Of a DNA stretch of 56,108 nt, positions 15,228 to 23,691 are shown one piece after another. The notes under the pieces are model-generated. The model ran no database searches. It was not told the DNA's origin and was given only the letters and a program-made list of their open reading frames with translations. This stretch comes from Rhodospirillales bacterium (lineage in GTDB: Bacteria > Pseudomonadota > Alphaproteobacteria > Acetobacterales > Acetobacteraceae). The DNA lies in assembly GCA_043748985.1 (NCBI GenBank), contig JAYVEG010000301.1, positions 1 through 56,108 of the forward strand, given 5' to 3'. Each line of letters begins with the position of its first letter. Positions within the stretch are counted from its first letter, which is position 1. A program made the position numbers and the translations under genes.

Positions 15228-16931
15228 ATGACACCCAGCGGGCAAATCCGCGCCGCCATCGCCGCCGATGCGGCCTATAGCGACCCGGCCCTGTGGATAC
15301 ATCGCGTTCCCGATGCATCGCTGCAGGCCCAGGCCGCGGCGCTGGAGGCGGAGGGACCGCGCGGCCGGGCTTTGTGGGGCGTGCCGGTGGCGGTCAAGGA
15401 CAACATCGACGTGGCCGGGCTTCCGACCACGGCGGCCTGCCCGGCGTTTGCGTATACACCGGCCAAGGATGCCACCGCCGTCGCCCGGTTGCGCGCCGCT
15501 GGTGCCATCGTCATGGGCAAGACGAACCTGGATCAGTTCGCGACCGGCCTTGTCGGCGTGCGCAGCCCTTACGGCATTCCGCGTGCCCCGTTCGATGCGA
15601 CGCGCGTGCCGGGCGGGTCGTCGTCCGGGTCGGGGGTGGCGGTCTCGGCGGGCATCGTGCCGATTGCGTTGGGGACGGATACGGCGGGTTCCGGCCGAAT
15701 TCCCGCCATGTTCGGTAACATCGTCGGGTTGAAGCCCACAGTCGGGGCGGTGCCGTCCACCGGCATGGTGCCGGCTTGCCGGTCCATCGACGCCATCTCG
15801 GTCTTTGCACGCAGCGTCGAGGAGGCCGTTGCCGTCGCCGGGATCATTGCGGGTTATGAGGCGGGCGATCCGTACAGCCGGCCGTCCCCACCAGGATATT
15901 TACGTCGCGGGGCGCTGGGTCCGCTGCGTGTTGCGGTGCCTGCGGACTTGTCTGCGTGCGAGGCGCCTATCCGCAGCGTGGTCGAAGGTGTGGCGGCGGG
16001 GCTGGGGGCGGCAACGGTCGATATCGCGCCGTTCCTGGACCTTGCCCGGCTGTTGTACGACGGTCCCTGGGTTGCCGAGCGGACCGCGGCTTTGCGCGCC
16101 ATGCTCGACCGGCCGGAGTGCCTGCATCCCGCCACGCGGGCCATTCTGGAAGGCGGGCTGCACCGACGCACTGTCGATGCCTTTGATGCGTTCCACCGGC
16201 TGGCGCAGGTCAGGATGCTGGCAAGGGCCCTGTTCATGGCGCATGACGTGCTTCTGCTGCCGACGGCCCCCTGCTGGCCTAGCCTGGCGGAGCTGGAGGC
16301 CGATCCGATCGGGCCGAACAGCCGGCTGGGCACCTATACCAACTTCGTCAACCTGTGCGATTTGGCGGCTATTGCGGTGCCCGCCGGGTTCACAGCACAT
16401 GGCGCGCCCGTGGGCGTCACGCTGGTTGGCCCGGCGTGGTCCGAGGGCCGGCTTGCGGCGTTGGCCGATGCCATCCACCGGCAGGCGACGGACCGGGTCG
16501 GGGCCACCGCGACCCCGATCCCGGCCGCCGTGACGCCCGACGCGCTCGGCCCGGATGAGACCGCCCTGTTCTGCATCGGCGCCCACATGAGCGGCCTGCC
16601 GCTGAACCACCAAGTCACCGCATTGGGTGGGCGGTTCCTCGCGGGAGCCCGGACTGCGCCGCAGTATCGGCTGTTTGCCCTTGGAGCGCGGCCTGGAATG
16701 GTGGCGGGGGGTGAAGGTGCGATCGAGGGTGAGGTTTGGGCGGTGCCGACCTCGGGCATCGGCGCACTGCTGGCCCAGGTGCCGGCGCCACTCGGTTTCG
16801 GGACTGTGATGCTGGAGGGAGGATCATGTCTCGGCTTCCTCGCTGAAGCCGCCGGGATCGGGGGCGCGGCGGATATCACGAGTCTCGGAGGATGGCGCAT
16901 GTATCTCGAACGAGGCCAGTCTCATAAATAA
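15228..16931 (+). CDS. allophanate hydrolase (amidase-signature N-domain plus AtzF-type C-domain)
   Basis: 567 aa. It has GGSSSGSGVAV and KDNIDVAGLPTTAACP amidase-signature motifs. The C-terminal ~120 aa (LFCIGAHMSGLPLNHQ...YRLFAL...GFGTVMLEGG) resemble the allophanate-hydrolase C-terminal domain. Confidence 0.85.
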   Translation: MTPSGQIRAAIAADAAYSDPALWIHRVPDASLQAQAAALEAEGPRGRALWGVPVAVKDNIDVAGLPTTAACPAFAYTPAKDATAVARLRAAGAIVMGKTNLDQFATGLVGVRSPYGIPRAPFDATRVPGGSSSGSGVAVSAGIVPIALGTDTAGSGRIPAMFGNIVGLKPTVGAVPSTGMVPACRSIDAISVFARSVEEAVAVAGIIAGYEAGDPYSRPSPPGYLRRGALGPLRVAVPADLSACEAPIRSVVEGVAAGLGAATVDIAPFLDLARLLYDGPWVAERTAALRAMLDRPECLHPATRAILEGGLHRRTVDAFDAFHRLAQVRMLARALFMAHDVLLLPTAPCWPSLAELEADPIGPNSRLGTYTNFVNLCDLAAIAVPAGFTAHGAPVGVTLVGPAWSEGRLAALADAIHRQATDRVGATATPIPAAVTPDALGPDETALFCIGAHMSGLPLNHQVTALGGRFLAGARTAPQYRLFALGARPGMVAGGEGAIEGEVWAVPTSGIGALLAQVPAPLGFGTVMLEGGSCLGFLAEAAGIGGAADITSLGGWRMYLERGQSHK

Positions 16932-17012
16932 TGCTATTGTCTCATAATTAAGAACATAACGGCATATTGAACCTGTCGCTGGGGTGGCCCGGCACGGCAG
17001 GAGCTTTCGAGC

Positions 17013-18812
17013 ATGGCGACCCTCACCGTCGGCAGCGGCAAGCAGTATGGCACCATCGCGGCGGCGGTTGCAGCGGCCAGGGCCGGCGACACCGTGGCCG
17101 TCTCGGCGGGCACCTACGCGAATGACTTCGCCACGACGCACGCTGCCATTACGCTGGTGTCGGTGGGGGGCCTGGTCACGATGACCAGCACCTATGCCAC
17201 AAGCCCTGCGAAGGCGCTGCTGACAGCTACCGCTGATGCTGTGATCGACGGGTTCGCGTTTACCAACATGCACAGTGCCGATGGGGCCGGCTCGGGCGTG
17301 TTGGTGCAGGGTGGGGCTGTGACGATCCGCAACAGCCTGTTCACTGGCAACCAGAACGGCGTCAATGCGACGGCCAACGCTGCGACAACGGTGACCATCC
17401 AGGCCTCCGAATTCGCCCGCAACGGCAACAACGATGGCTTTTCCGCCAATGTGCAGGTTGGTGCGATCAGGTCGCTGAGCATCGCGGACTGCTATGTGCA
17501 TGATGCGGCGGGGGCGACCGAGGTTCGCAGCCGGGCTGTGGCGACGGCGATCACGACGACCCGGATCGAGGATAATGCCGGCATCGGCGGCTACGCCATC
17601 GACCTGCCGGCAGCGGGTGCGGTGACGCTTCGGGGCAACACGCTCGAGAAGGGCACTGCCTCGACCGTTACCGCGTTCGTCCGCTATGGCAGCGAGTCGC
17701 AGCAGGCCGGCAGCAGCCTGGACGTTTCGGGGAACACGGTCGTTGCCGACCGGTCGGGTGCGGTGCTGCTGCTGAACCAGTCCAAGGTAACGGCCAGCGT
17801 CGCATCCAACGCAAGCTGGAACCTGGCTATGGTGGCCACGGGCCCGGCCGTCGCATCCGCCAATGCCGTCATTGCCGCACGGCCGGCGATCTCCACGGCA
17901 CCGCTGGTTACCAGCTCGACCGTTTCGGTCACATCGGTACCGACTGTGCCGACCCCACCGTCTCTGCCTACGCCGCCCACCACTCCGACAACGGGCGTGA
18001 TGATCGGCAGCCCCGCGACCAAGGCGCAGGCGACGACCCTGCCCGCCTCGGACACGGCCGTCGTGACGCCTCAGGTCAGCGCGCTGGCGCAGAACGGGCG
18101 GCTTGTGCTGCGCGTATCGGAGACCGCGTGGCACGGGGATGCGCAGTTCAACGTGCTGGTCGATGGCGTCGGCGTCGGTGGCACGATGACGGCGACCGCG
18201 CTGCACGCCGCCGGGCAATCGCAGACGGTGATCATCGCTGGCGCCTATGCCCCTGGTCCACACGTCGTGGCCGTGAAGTTCGTCAACGACCTGGGCAACA
18301 GCACCGGCAGCCGGGCGCTGTTCATCGATGGCATGAGCTTCAATGGCCAGGACACGCAGCAGAGCGGGGCGCTGACCGCCAACGGTTCGCTGCAGCTTCT
18401 GACTGCGCCGAGCACCCGGTCGACAGCGATCACCGTCAACCTGTCGGAGACGGCGTTGCACGGCGATGCGCTCGCGCTCATCAGCATCGACGGGAAGGTG
18501 CAGGGTGGGATCCAGACCATCACCGCGTCGCACGCGGCCGGGCAGACGATGGGGATGAACTTCCTGCTGGACCTAGCACCCGGGGCGCACGCTGCGTCCG
18601 TGACATTGCTGAACGGCGGTGCCGGGTCGGGGCGGTCGCTGTATGTCGATGCGTTGGACGTCGCCGGCCAGCATTATGCCAGTGCGGCAGCGAAGATCGG
18701 CAGCACGGGTTCCAGCACGTTCGCCTTTGTCGTGGCGCCGGCACCGGCCGCCAATGGCGTGCTGTTCCCTACGATCGGCGCGCCGACCGACCTCACGCTG
18801 TTGCCGCACTGA
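17013..18812 (+). CDS. right-handed parallel beta-helix protein with Pro/Thr linker and two C-terminal carbohydrate-binding-like repeats
   Basis: The N-terminus GSGKQYGTIAAAVAAARAGDTVAVSAGTYANDF is typical of pectate-lyase-fold proteins. The linker is VPTVPTPPSLPTPPTTPT. Two ~120-aa repeats end in (L/F)(Y/F)(V/I)D(A/G)...(V/F)(A/N)GQ. I do not see an N-terminal signal peptide. Confidence 0.75.
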   Translation: MATLTVGSGKQYGTIAAAVAAARAGDTVAVSAGTYANDFATTHAAITLVSVGGLVTMTSTYATSPAKALLTATADAVIDGFAFTNMHSADGAGSGVLVQGGAVTIRNSLFTGNQNGVNATANAATTVTIQASEFARNGNNDGFSANVQVGAIRSLSIADCYVHDAAGATEVRSRAVATAITTTRIEDNAGIGGYAIDLPAAGAVTLRGNTLEKGTASTVTAFVRYGSESQQAGSSLDVSGNTVVADRSGAVLLLNQSKVTASVASNASWNLAMVATGPAVASANAVIAARPAISTAPLVTSSTVSVTSVPTVPTPPSLPTPPTTPTTGVMIGSPATKAQATTLPASDTAVVTPQVSALAQNGRLVLRVSETAWHGDAQFNVLVDGVGVGGTMTATALHAAGQSQTVIIAGAYAPGPHVVAVKFVNDLGNSTGSRALFIDGMSFNGQDTQQSGALTANGSLQLLTAPSTRSTAITVNLSETALHGDALALISIDGKVQGGIQTITASHAAGQTMGMNFLLDLAPGAHAASVTLLNGGAGSGRSLYVDALDVAGQHYASAAAKIGSTGSSTFAFVVAPAPAANGVLFPTIGAPTDLTLLPH

Positions 18813-19689
18813 TGACGGTCAGCTCGTGCTTGTTGTGGAACAGGTGCACCAGGCGGACGCCGGGCAGGGCGGCGATGCGGTCGGCGGTGTCATGGTCGGT
18901 GTCGCCCTGGAATTTCACGGTGCAGACCACGTTGCGGGCGAAGGGCAGCCAGCGCTCCAGCAGGGCCAGGGTTCGGGCGGGATAGGCGATTACGTCGCAC
19001 ACCAGCCAGTCGACCGTTCGGGGTTCGAGCGCGAAAGCGCTTTCGATGGACTGCGTGACCCCTCGCATGGCCGCGATCCCTGGGTCCAGTGGGGCCTTGT
19101 CGATCGCCACGACCGCGGCACCGAGGCTGGCGAGCACCCAGGTCCATCCGCCGGGCGAGGCGCCCAGGTCCATGCATGCGTCGCCGGGACCGGGTGTGCA
19201 GCCGGCGAGCGTCAGCGCTTCCCATAATTTCAGGTAGGCGCGGCTGGGCGGGCCGACGCGGTCCTCGATGAAGCGACATTCTCCGTTCGGGAAGGCGCTG
19301 GATTTGGTCGGGCTGGCGAGCAGGCGGCCAGGGTCCAGCAGCGTCCATGCTCCGAGATGCGCCGTGGGGGCAGGGGCCGGGAACAGCAAAGGGGCGGCCT
19401 TTACCGGCGGCAGGCGGGCCTCGATCAACGCCATGCGCCGATGCTGCCCGGCGGCATAGGCGCTCCAATTGCGCTGGATGCCGCGCAGGGCGTCGGCGGC
19501 TGCCTTCACCGAGGGGGCCGCGTGCTCGACCGGCGCTGTCCAAATGTCCTGCGCCCAGGGGCAGTCCAGCGGTGCCTCGGATGAAAGGCCCAGCCGGCCA
19601 TGCCAATCGAGCCCGACGCCGCGCCGGGCGAGCCATCCTTCGACGCTGGATTCCAAGCCTTCGGGCGCGAGATAGGCGCTGGCGATCAC
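18793..19689 (-). CDS. FtsJ/RlmM-like SAM-dependent RNA 2'-O-methyltransferase
   Basis: SRAYLKLWEAL...ACMDLGASPGGWTWVL...VAIDKAPL matches the RlmM/FtsJ SAM-binding core. It overlaps the convergent beta-helix gene by 20 nt. Confidence 0.75.
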   Translation of the reverse strand: MIASAYLAPEGLESSVEGWLARRGVGLDWHGRLGLSSEAPLDCPWAQDIWTAPVEHAAPSVKAAADALRGIQRNWSAYAAGQHRRMALIEARLPPVKAAPLLFPAPAPTAHLGAWTLLDPGRLLASPTKSSAFPNGECRFIEDRVGPPSRAYLKLWEALTLAGCTPGPGDACMDLGASPGGWTWVLASLGAAVVAIDKAPLDPGIAAMRGVTQSIESAFALEPRTVDWLVCDVIAYPARTLALLERWLPFARNVVCTVKFQGDTDHDTADRIAALPGVRLVHLFHNKHELTVISAATA

Positions 19690-19748
19690 TCACATTCCCT
19701 TTCGTGTCCGACCCGCGCTAGGTTGACCTCAAGAATACGGAGGGAACC

Positions 19749-20696
19749 ATGGACGCGATGCTGCCTGCAGCCGCGAGCCGAGCGGACGCGGCTGGGGGCC
19801 CGGCTCTGCGCAGCCGCAACGACGCCCGGCGCAAACGCAACTACGCCCGACAATACTGGCCGTTCATCGTGCCGGCCGGTTTGGTCGTGTTTGCCGTCAT
19901 CCTGTTCCCCTGGGTCTTCACCCTGTTCATGTCGGTGCACGATTTCCATATCGGTGGCGAGCGCACCTTCGTCGGGTTGCAGAACTACGTTCGCATGATG
20001 GGCGACGAACGGTTCGGCATGGCCGTTCTCCGGACGCTCTATTTTACCGCGCTTTCCGTCATCTTCCCGCTGATTCTGGGCGTCGCCGCTGCGGTCTGCT
20101 TCCATCGACATTTTCCCGGCCGCGGCATCGCGCGGACCATATTCATCATGCCCATGATGGCGACCCCCGTCGCCATCGCGCTGATCTGGACGATGATGTT
20201 CCATCCCCAGCTGGGCGTGCTGAACTATCTGTTGACCTCCGTCGGGCTGCCCGCTTCGGCATGGGTTTACGAGGGCTCGACCGTCATTCCAACCCTGGTG
20301 ATGGTCGAGACGTGGCAATGGACGCCGCTGGTCATGCTTATCGTGCTGGGTGGGCTCGCGAGCCTGCCCAACGACCCGTATGAGGCGGCCGAGCTTGATG
20401 GTGCGAACCCGTTGCAGGTGTTCTGGCATGTGACGTTGCCGCTGGTATGGCCGTTCGTCATGGTGGCTGCGGTCATCCGCGGGGTGGACGCGCTGAAGGC
20501 GTTCGACACCATCTTCGTCATCAGCAACGGCGGACCCGGCACGTCCAGCGAGACGGTCAACATCCTGTTGTATCTTGAGGCATTCAATTTCTACGACATG
20601 GGGTATGCGTCGGCGATCGTGGTGGTGTTCTTCGTCATCATCATGCTGGTGACGTTGCTGATGCTGCATTTCCGACAGAAGGGCCGGCTGGTATGA
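19749..20696 (+). CDS. carbohydrate (CUT1-type) ABC transporter permease, MalF/UgpA-like
   Basis: Six TM segments and the EAA loop PYEAAELDGANPLQVFWHVTLPL. Confidence 0.9.
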   Translation: MDAMLPAAASRADAAGGPALRSRNDARRKRNYARQYWPFIVPAGLVVFAVILFPWVFTLFMSVHDFHIGGERTFVGLQNYVRMMGDERFGMAVLRTLYFTALSVIFPLILGVAAAVCFHRHFPGRGIARTIFIMPMMATPVAIALIWTMMFHPQLGVLNYLLTSVGLPASAWVYEGSTVIPTLVMVETWQWTPLVMLIVLGGLASLPNDPYEAAELDGANPLQVFWHVTLPLVWPFVMVAAVIRGVDALKAFDTIFVISNGGPGTSSETVNILLYLEAFNFYDMGYASAIVVVFFVIIMLVTLLMLHFRQKGRLV

Positions 20697-21547
20697 GGGC
20701 CCGGATGCGCGGGGTTGCCAGCCTGCGGCGGCGCAAGCTGCTGGGGCGTGTCGGGCTCTATGCCAGCGTGCTGGTGCTGATCTCGCCGGCACTGATGGTA
20801 TTCCTGTGGATGCTGTCGCTGAGTTTGAAGAACGAAGTCGACAATACCGCCTTTCCACCTGTGTTCATCCCGTGGCCGCCGACGCTGGCGAACTTCCGCG
20901 ATGTGTTCGAGAAAAACGATTTCCTCAACTACATGCTGAACTCGGTGATCGTGTCGTTCAGTGCCACGGGCCTGGCGCTGCTGATCGGTGTGCCGGCGGG
21001 CTACGGGATCGCGAAGGCCCGTGCGACCCGGGCGGCCATGCTGATCCTGATCGCCCGCATTACGCCGGGGTTGTCGTATCTAATCCCGTTATTCCTGCTA
21101 TTCCAGTGGCTGGAGCTTACGGGGACGCTGACGCCGATCATCATCACTCATCTGGTGATCACCGTGCCGATCGTGGTGTGGATCATGATCGGCTTCTTCG
21201 AGGGGCTGCCGGCCGAGCTGGAGGAGGCTGCCTTGGTGGACGGGGCCACGATCTGGCAGGCGTTCCGGCATGTCGCGTTGCCGCTGGCTCGGCCGGGCAT
21301 TACGGTCGCGCTGATCCTGTCGTTCATCTTCAGTTGGAACAATTTCATCTTCGGCATCGTGCTGGCTGGTCGTGAGACGCGTACCCTCCCGGTCGCGGTC
21401 TACAACGTGCTAACGTTCGAGCAGGTTAGCTGGGGGCCGCTTGCCGCGGCCGCCCTGATTGTCACGTTGCCGGTTTTGCTGCTCACGCTATTGATGCAGC
21501 GTGAGATCGTCGCCGGCCTTACGGCCGGTGGGGTAAAAGGTGGCTGA
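20693..21547 (+). CDS. carbohydrate (CUT1-type) ABC transporter permease, MalG/UgpE-like
   Basis: EAA loop LEEAALVDGATIWQAFRHVALPLARPG. There is a 4-nt overlap with the upstream permease. Confidence 0.9.
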   Translation: MRARMRGVASLRRRKLLGRVGLYASVLVLISPALMVFLWMLSLSLKNEVDNTAFPPVFIPWPPTLANFRDVFEKNDFLNYMLNSVIVSFSATGLALLIGVPAGYGIAKARATRAAMLILIARITPGLSYLIPLFLLFQWLELTGTLTPIIITHLVITVPIVVWIMIGFFEGLPAELEEAALVDGATIWQAFRHVALPLARPGITVALILSFIFSWNNFIFGIVLAGRETRTLPVAVYNVLTFEQVSWGPLAAAALIVTLPVLLLTLLMQREIVAGLTAGGVKGG

Positions 21548-21552
21548 AGCGG

Positions 21553-21960
21553 TCAGACCCTGGCAGCGCGCCGTGTGGTCTGCTCCACTACGTTGATGGC
21601 GACGGCCGGGGTCTTCTTTGCGGCGACGCCAGCTTCCGACATGATCGAGCGGAGGTCGCGCAGGAAGGCCTGGCCCTTGAGGGTGCGCTGGACGAGCACG
21701 CTGCGACGATCCATCGGATCGACCTTGCGACGGGCCAGATCGAGTTCGCCGAGGCGATCGAGAGCGCGAGTGATTGCCGGCTTCGAGACGTTCAGATCGG
21801 CCGCAAGACCGCGGACGGTATGTGCGCCATCCTGAAGATAGCAGGTGAGGAAGACGCCCAGTTGGCGGGCGGACAGATCGGGTCCGTCACGACGAACGAG
21901 CGAGACGATCGTGTCACGGAGGATGCCGACCATTTGGTCAGTGGCTGCTGAGGTGGCCAT
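21553..21960 (-). CDS. MarR-family transcriptional regulator
   Basis: From ORF 21553-22020, with the start moved to ATG 21960 (MATSAATDQ). The winged-HTH segment is VRGLAADLNVSKPAITRALDRLGELDLARRKVDPMDRRSVLV. Confidence 0.85.
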   Translation of the reverse strand: MATSAATDQMVGILRDTIVSLVRRDGPDLSARQLGVFLTCYLQDGAHTVRGLAADLNVSKPAITRALDRLGELDLARRKVDPMDRRSVLVQRTLKGQAFLRDLRSIMSEAGVAAKKTPAVAINVVEQTTRRAARV

Positions 21961-22018
21961 GTCTAATCCTTTCAGGAAGTGAGCTGTTATTCGCCGGCAT
22001 CGGCGAGGTTCCGATTGC

Positions 22019-22036
22019 ATGACCAGAATTGGTCAT
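22019..22036. promoter_or_regulatory. 18-bp palindrome, candidate MarR operator
   Basis: ATGACCA-gaat-TGGTCAT, ~60 nt upstream of the marR ATG. A second palindrome, TTAACGT-tt-ACGTTAA, lies at 22089-22104. Confidence 0.3.
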
Positions 22037-22100
22037 CACAGAAGAAGGTGCCAGAGGCTGCGGAACATTGCAGCCCCGCATTTCACGATTAACGTTTACG

Positions 22101-23519
22101 TTAACTAACTATCGGCCCATGATTAAAAGGTTTTAATCTCTGGATCATACTGATCATGGCACGAAGACCCATCGATTCGCCACCAGACGGCCGACCAGGT
22201 CGTGTTTGATCGTTCCATGCGTAAGTATCAAGATGCACCCACGGTATTTCCGGTGTCACAAAACGTTGAAGGAACAACCCTGCGACGATTGCCCCGGCGA
22301 GAGGTTTTTCCGAAACGTTATTTAAGTCTGCAACCGTGCTCGCGAGATAATCCTCATACCCGGCGTGAAGAGGTAGTCGCCAGAGCGGGTCATGGCACGC
22401 GACGCCAGCCTCCAACACGAGCCGCGCCACATCGTCATTGTTACAGAACAGGGCAGGAAGATCAGGGCCCAGCGCCACCCGGGCCGCTCCGGTCAGGGTC
22501 GCGGCATCCACAAGCAAGTCCGGTTTTGACTCGCATGCCTCGGCAAGCAGGTCGCACAGCACCAAACGCCCCTCGGCGTCGGTGTTGCCGATTTCGACAG
22601 TCAAGCCTTTGCGGGTCCGCACGACGTCCAATGGCCGCATCGCCCGGCCCGAAACCATGTTCTCCACGCAGCCGATCCTAACCTCCAACCGCAACGGCAG
22701 ATCTGCCGCCATCACCACGGACGCCAGCGCTAGCATCAAGGCCGCGCCACCCATGTCCTTCTTCATACGAAGCATGGAGGCACTTGGTTTCAGATCGTAC
22801 CCACCGGAATCGAAGACAACTCCCTTGCCGCACAGGGAGAGCAACGGCGCCGTATCCGTCGCCGCACTTCCGGACCATTCCAGAATCGCCACCACCGGAG
22901 CTCGGTCCGAGCCGGCGCCGACGGCTGCGATCGTTGGATAGTGCGCTTCCAGCTCCACGCCTTCGATCTGCCTGACGGTTGCGCCGAACCGGGCGCCCAG
23001 CGTTACAACCGCCGCCGCCAGCTCCGCCGGACCCAGCAGGTTGGCCGGCATGTTGATGAGGTCACGCGCCAGCCACGTTGCGCGCGCGGTCGCCAAAGCA
23101 GTCGTGTGACGCGGGTCGCGCGGCGTTTCGAGCGCCAGAAGGGCAGGCGCGCGGCCGGGCTTTTTCAGGGGGGTGAACTGGTAGGCGCCAAGGCACCAGG
23201 CCAGCAGGGCGTCGTCCATCCGGAAATCGCCGGGCAGGAGCGTCCATACCGATCCGCCGGGGAGGGCGCTTGGCAGGTCGGCATGGCCATAGGGCGAGTT
23301 GTCCGTGCCCAGTCCGAGTGCAGCGCCTGCAAGTCCGTTTTCGCCGGGTATCAGCATCAGTTGGCCGGCGGCGGCGGTGAACCCGGCAGCGCGCAGGAAC
23401 GCGGATTGTGCGGGTTCGAGGGCCGCCAACCCGGCCTCCAACCCATCAAGACGCCAGGCATGGACCGGTCGGGCGCCGACGCCGCTTTCGGCGAGGCAGC
23501 TTAGAGCGCGGTCGAACAA
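22101..23519 (-). CDS. M17-family leucyl aminopeptidase
   Basis: 472 aa. LCGKGVVFDSGGYDLKP, MKKDMGGAA and NTDAEGRLVLCD are the M17 metal-binding/active-site motifs. Confidence 0.9.
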   Translation of the reverse strand: MFDRALSCLAESGVGARPVHAWRLDGLEAGLAALEPAQSAFLRAAGFTAAAGQLMLIPGENGLAGAALGLGTDNSPYGHADLPSALPGGSVWTLLPGDFRMDDALLAWCLGAYQFTPLKKPGRAPALLALETPRDPRHTTALATARATWLARDLINMPANLLGPAELAAAVVTLGARFGATVRQIEGVELEAHYPTIAAVGAGSDRAPVVAILEWSGSAATDTAPLLSLCGKGVVFDSGGYDLKPSASMLRMKKDMGGAALMLALASVVMAADLPLRLEVRIGCVENMVSGRAMRPLDVVRTRKGLTVEIGNTDAEGRLVLCDLLAEACESKPDLLVDAATLTGAARVALGPDLPALFCNNDDVARLVLEAGVACHDPLWRLPLHAGYEDYLASTVADLNNVSEKPLAGAIVAGLFLQRFVTPEIPWVHLDTYAWNDQTRPGRPSGGESMGLRAMISMIQRLKPFNHGPIVS

Positions 23520-23691
23520 GGGGGTTCTGAAAATCTGATCATCTACGGAACATTACCGATGCAAGTGTGCCCGCGATGCTTCGGTTAGGAAAGCGAAAAC
23601 CCATGCGGGCCACCATGATCTTCGTGGGACCCAAACGGCATCGTGGAGCTTGTGGCTTGCATTCCCGCCGATCCGGACCAAGCATAACAGC

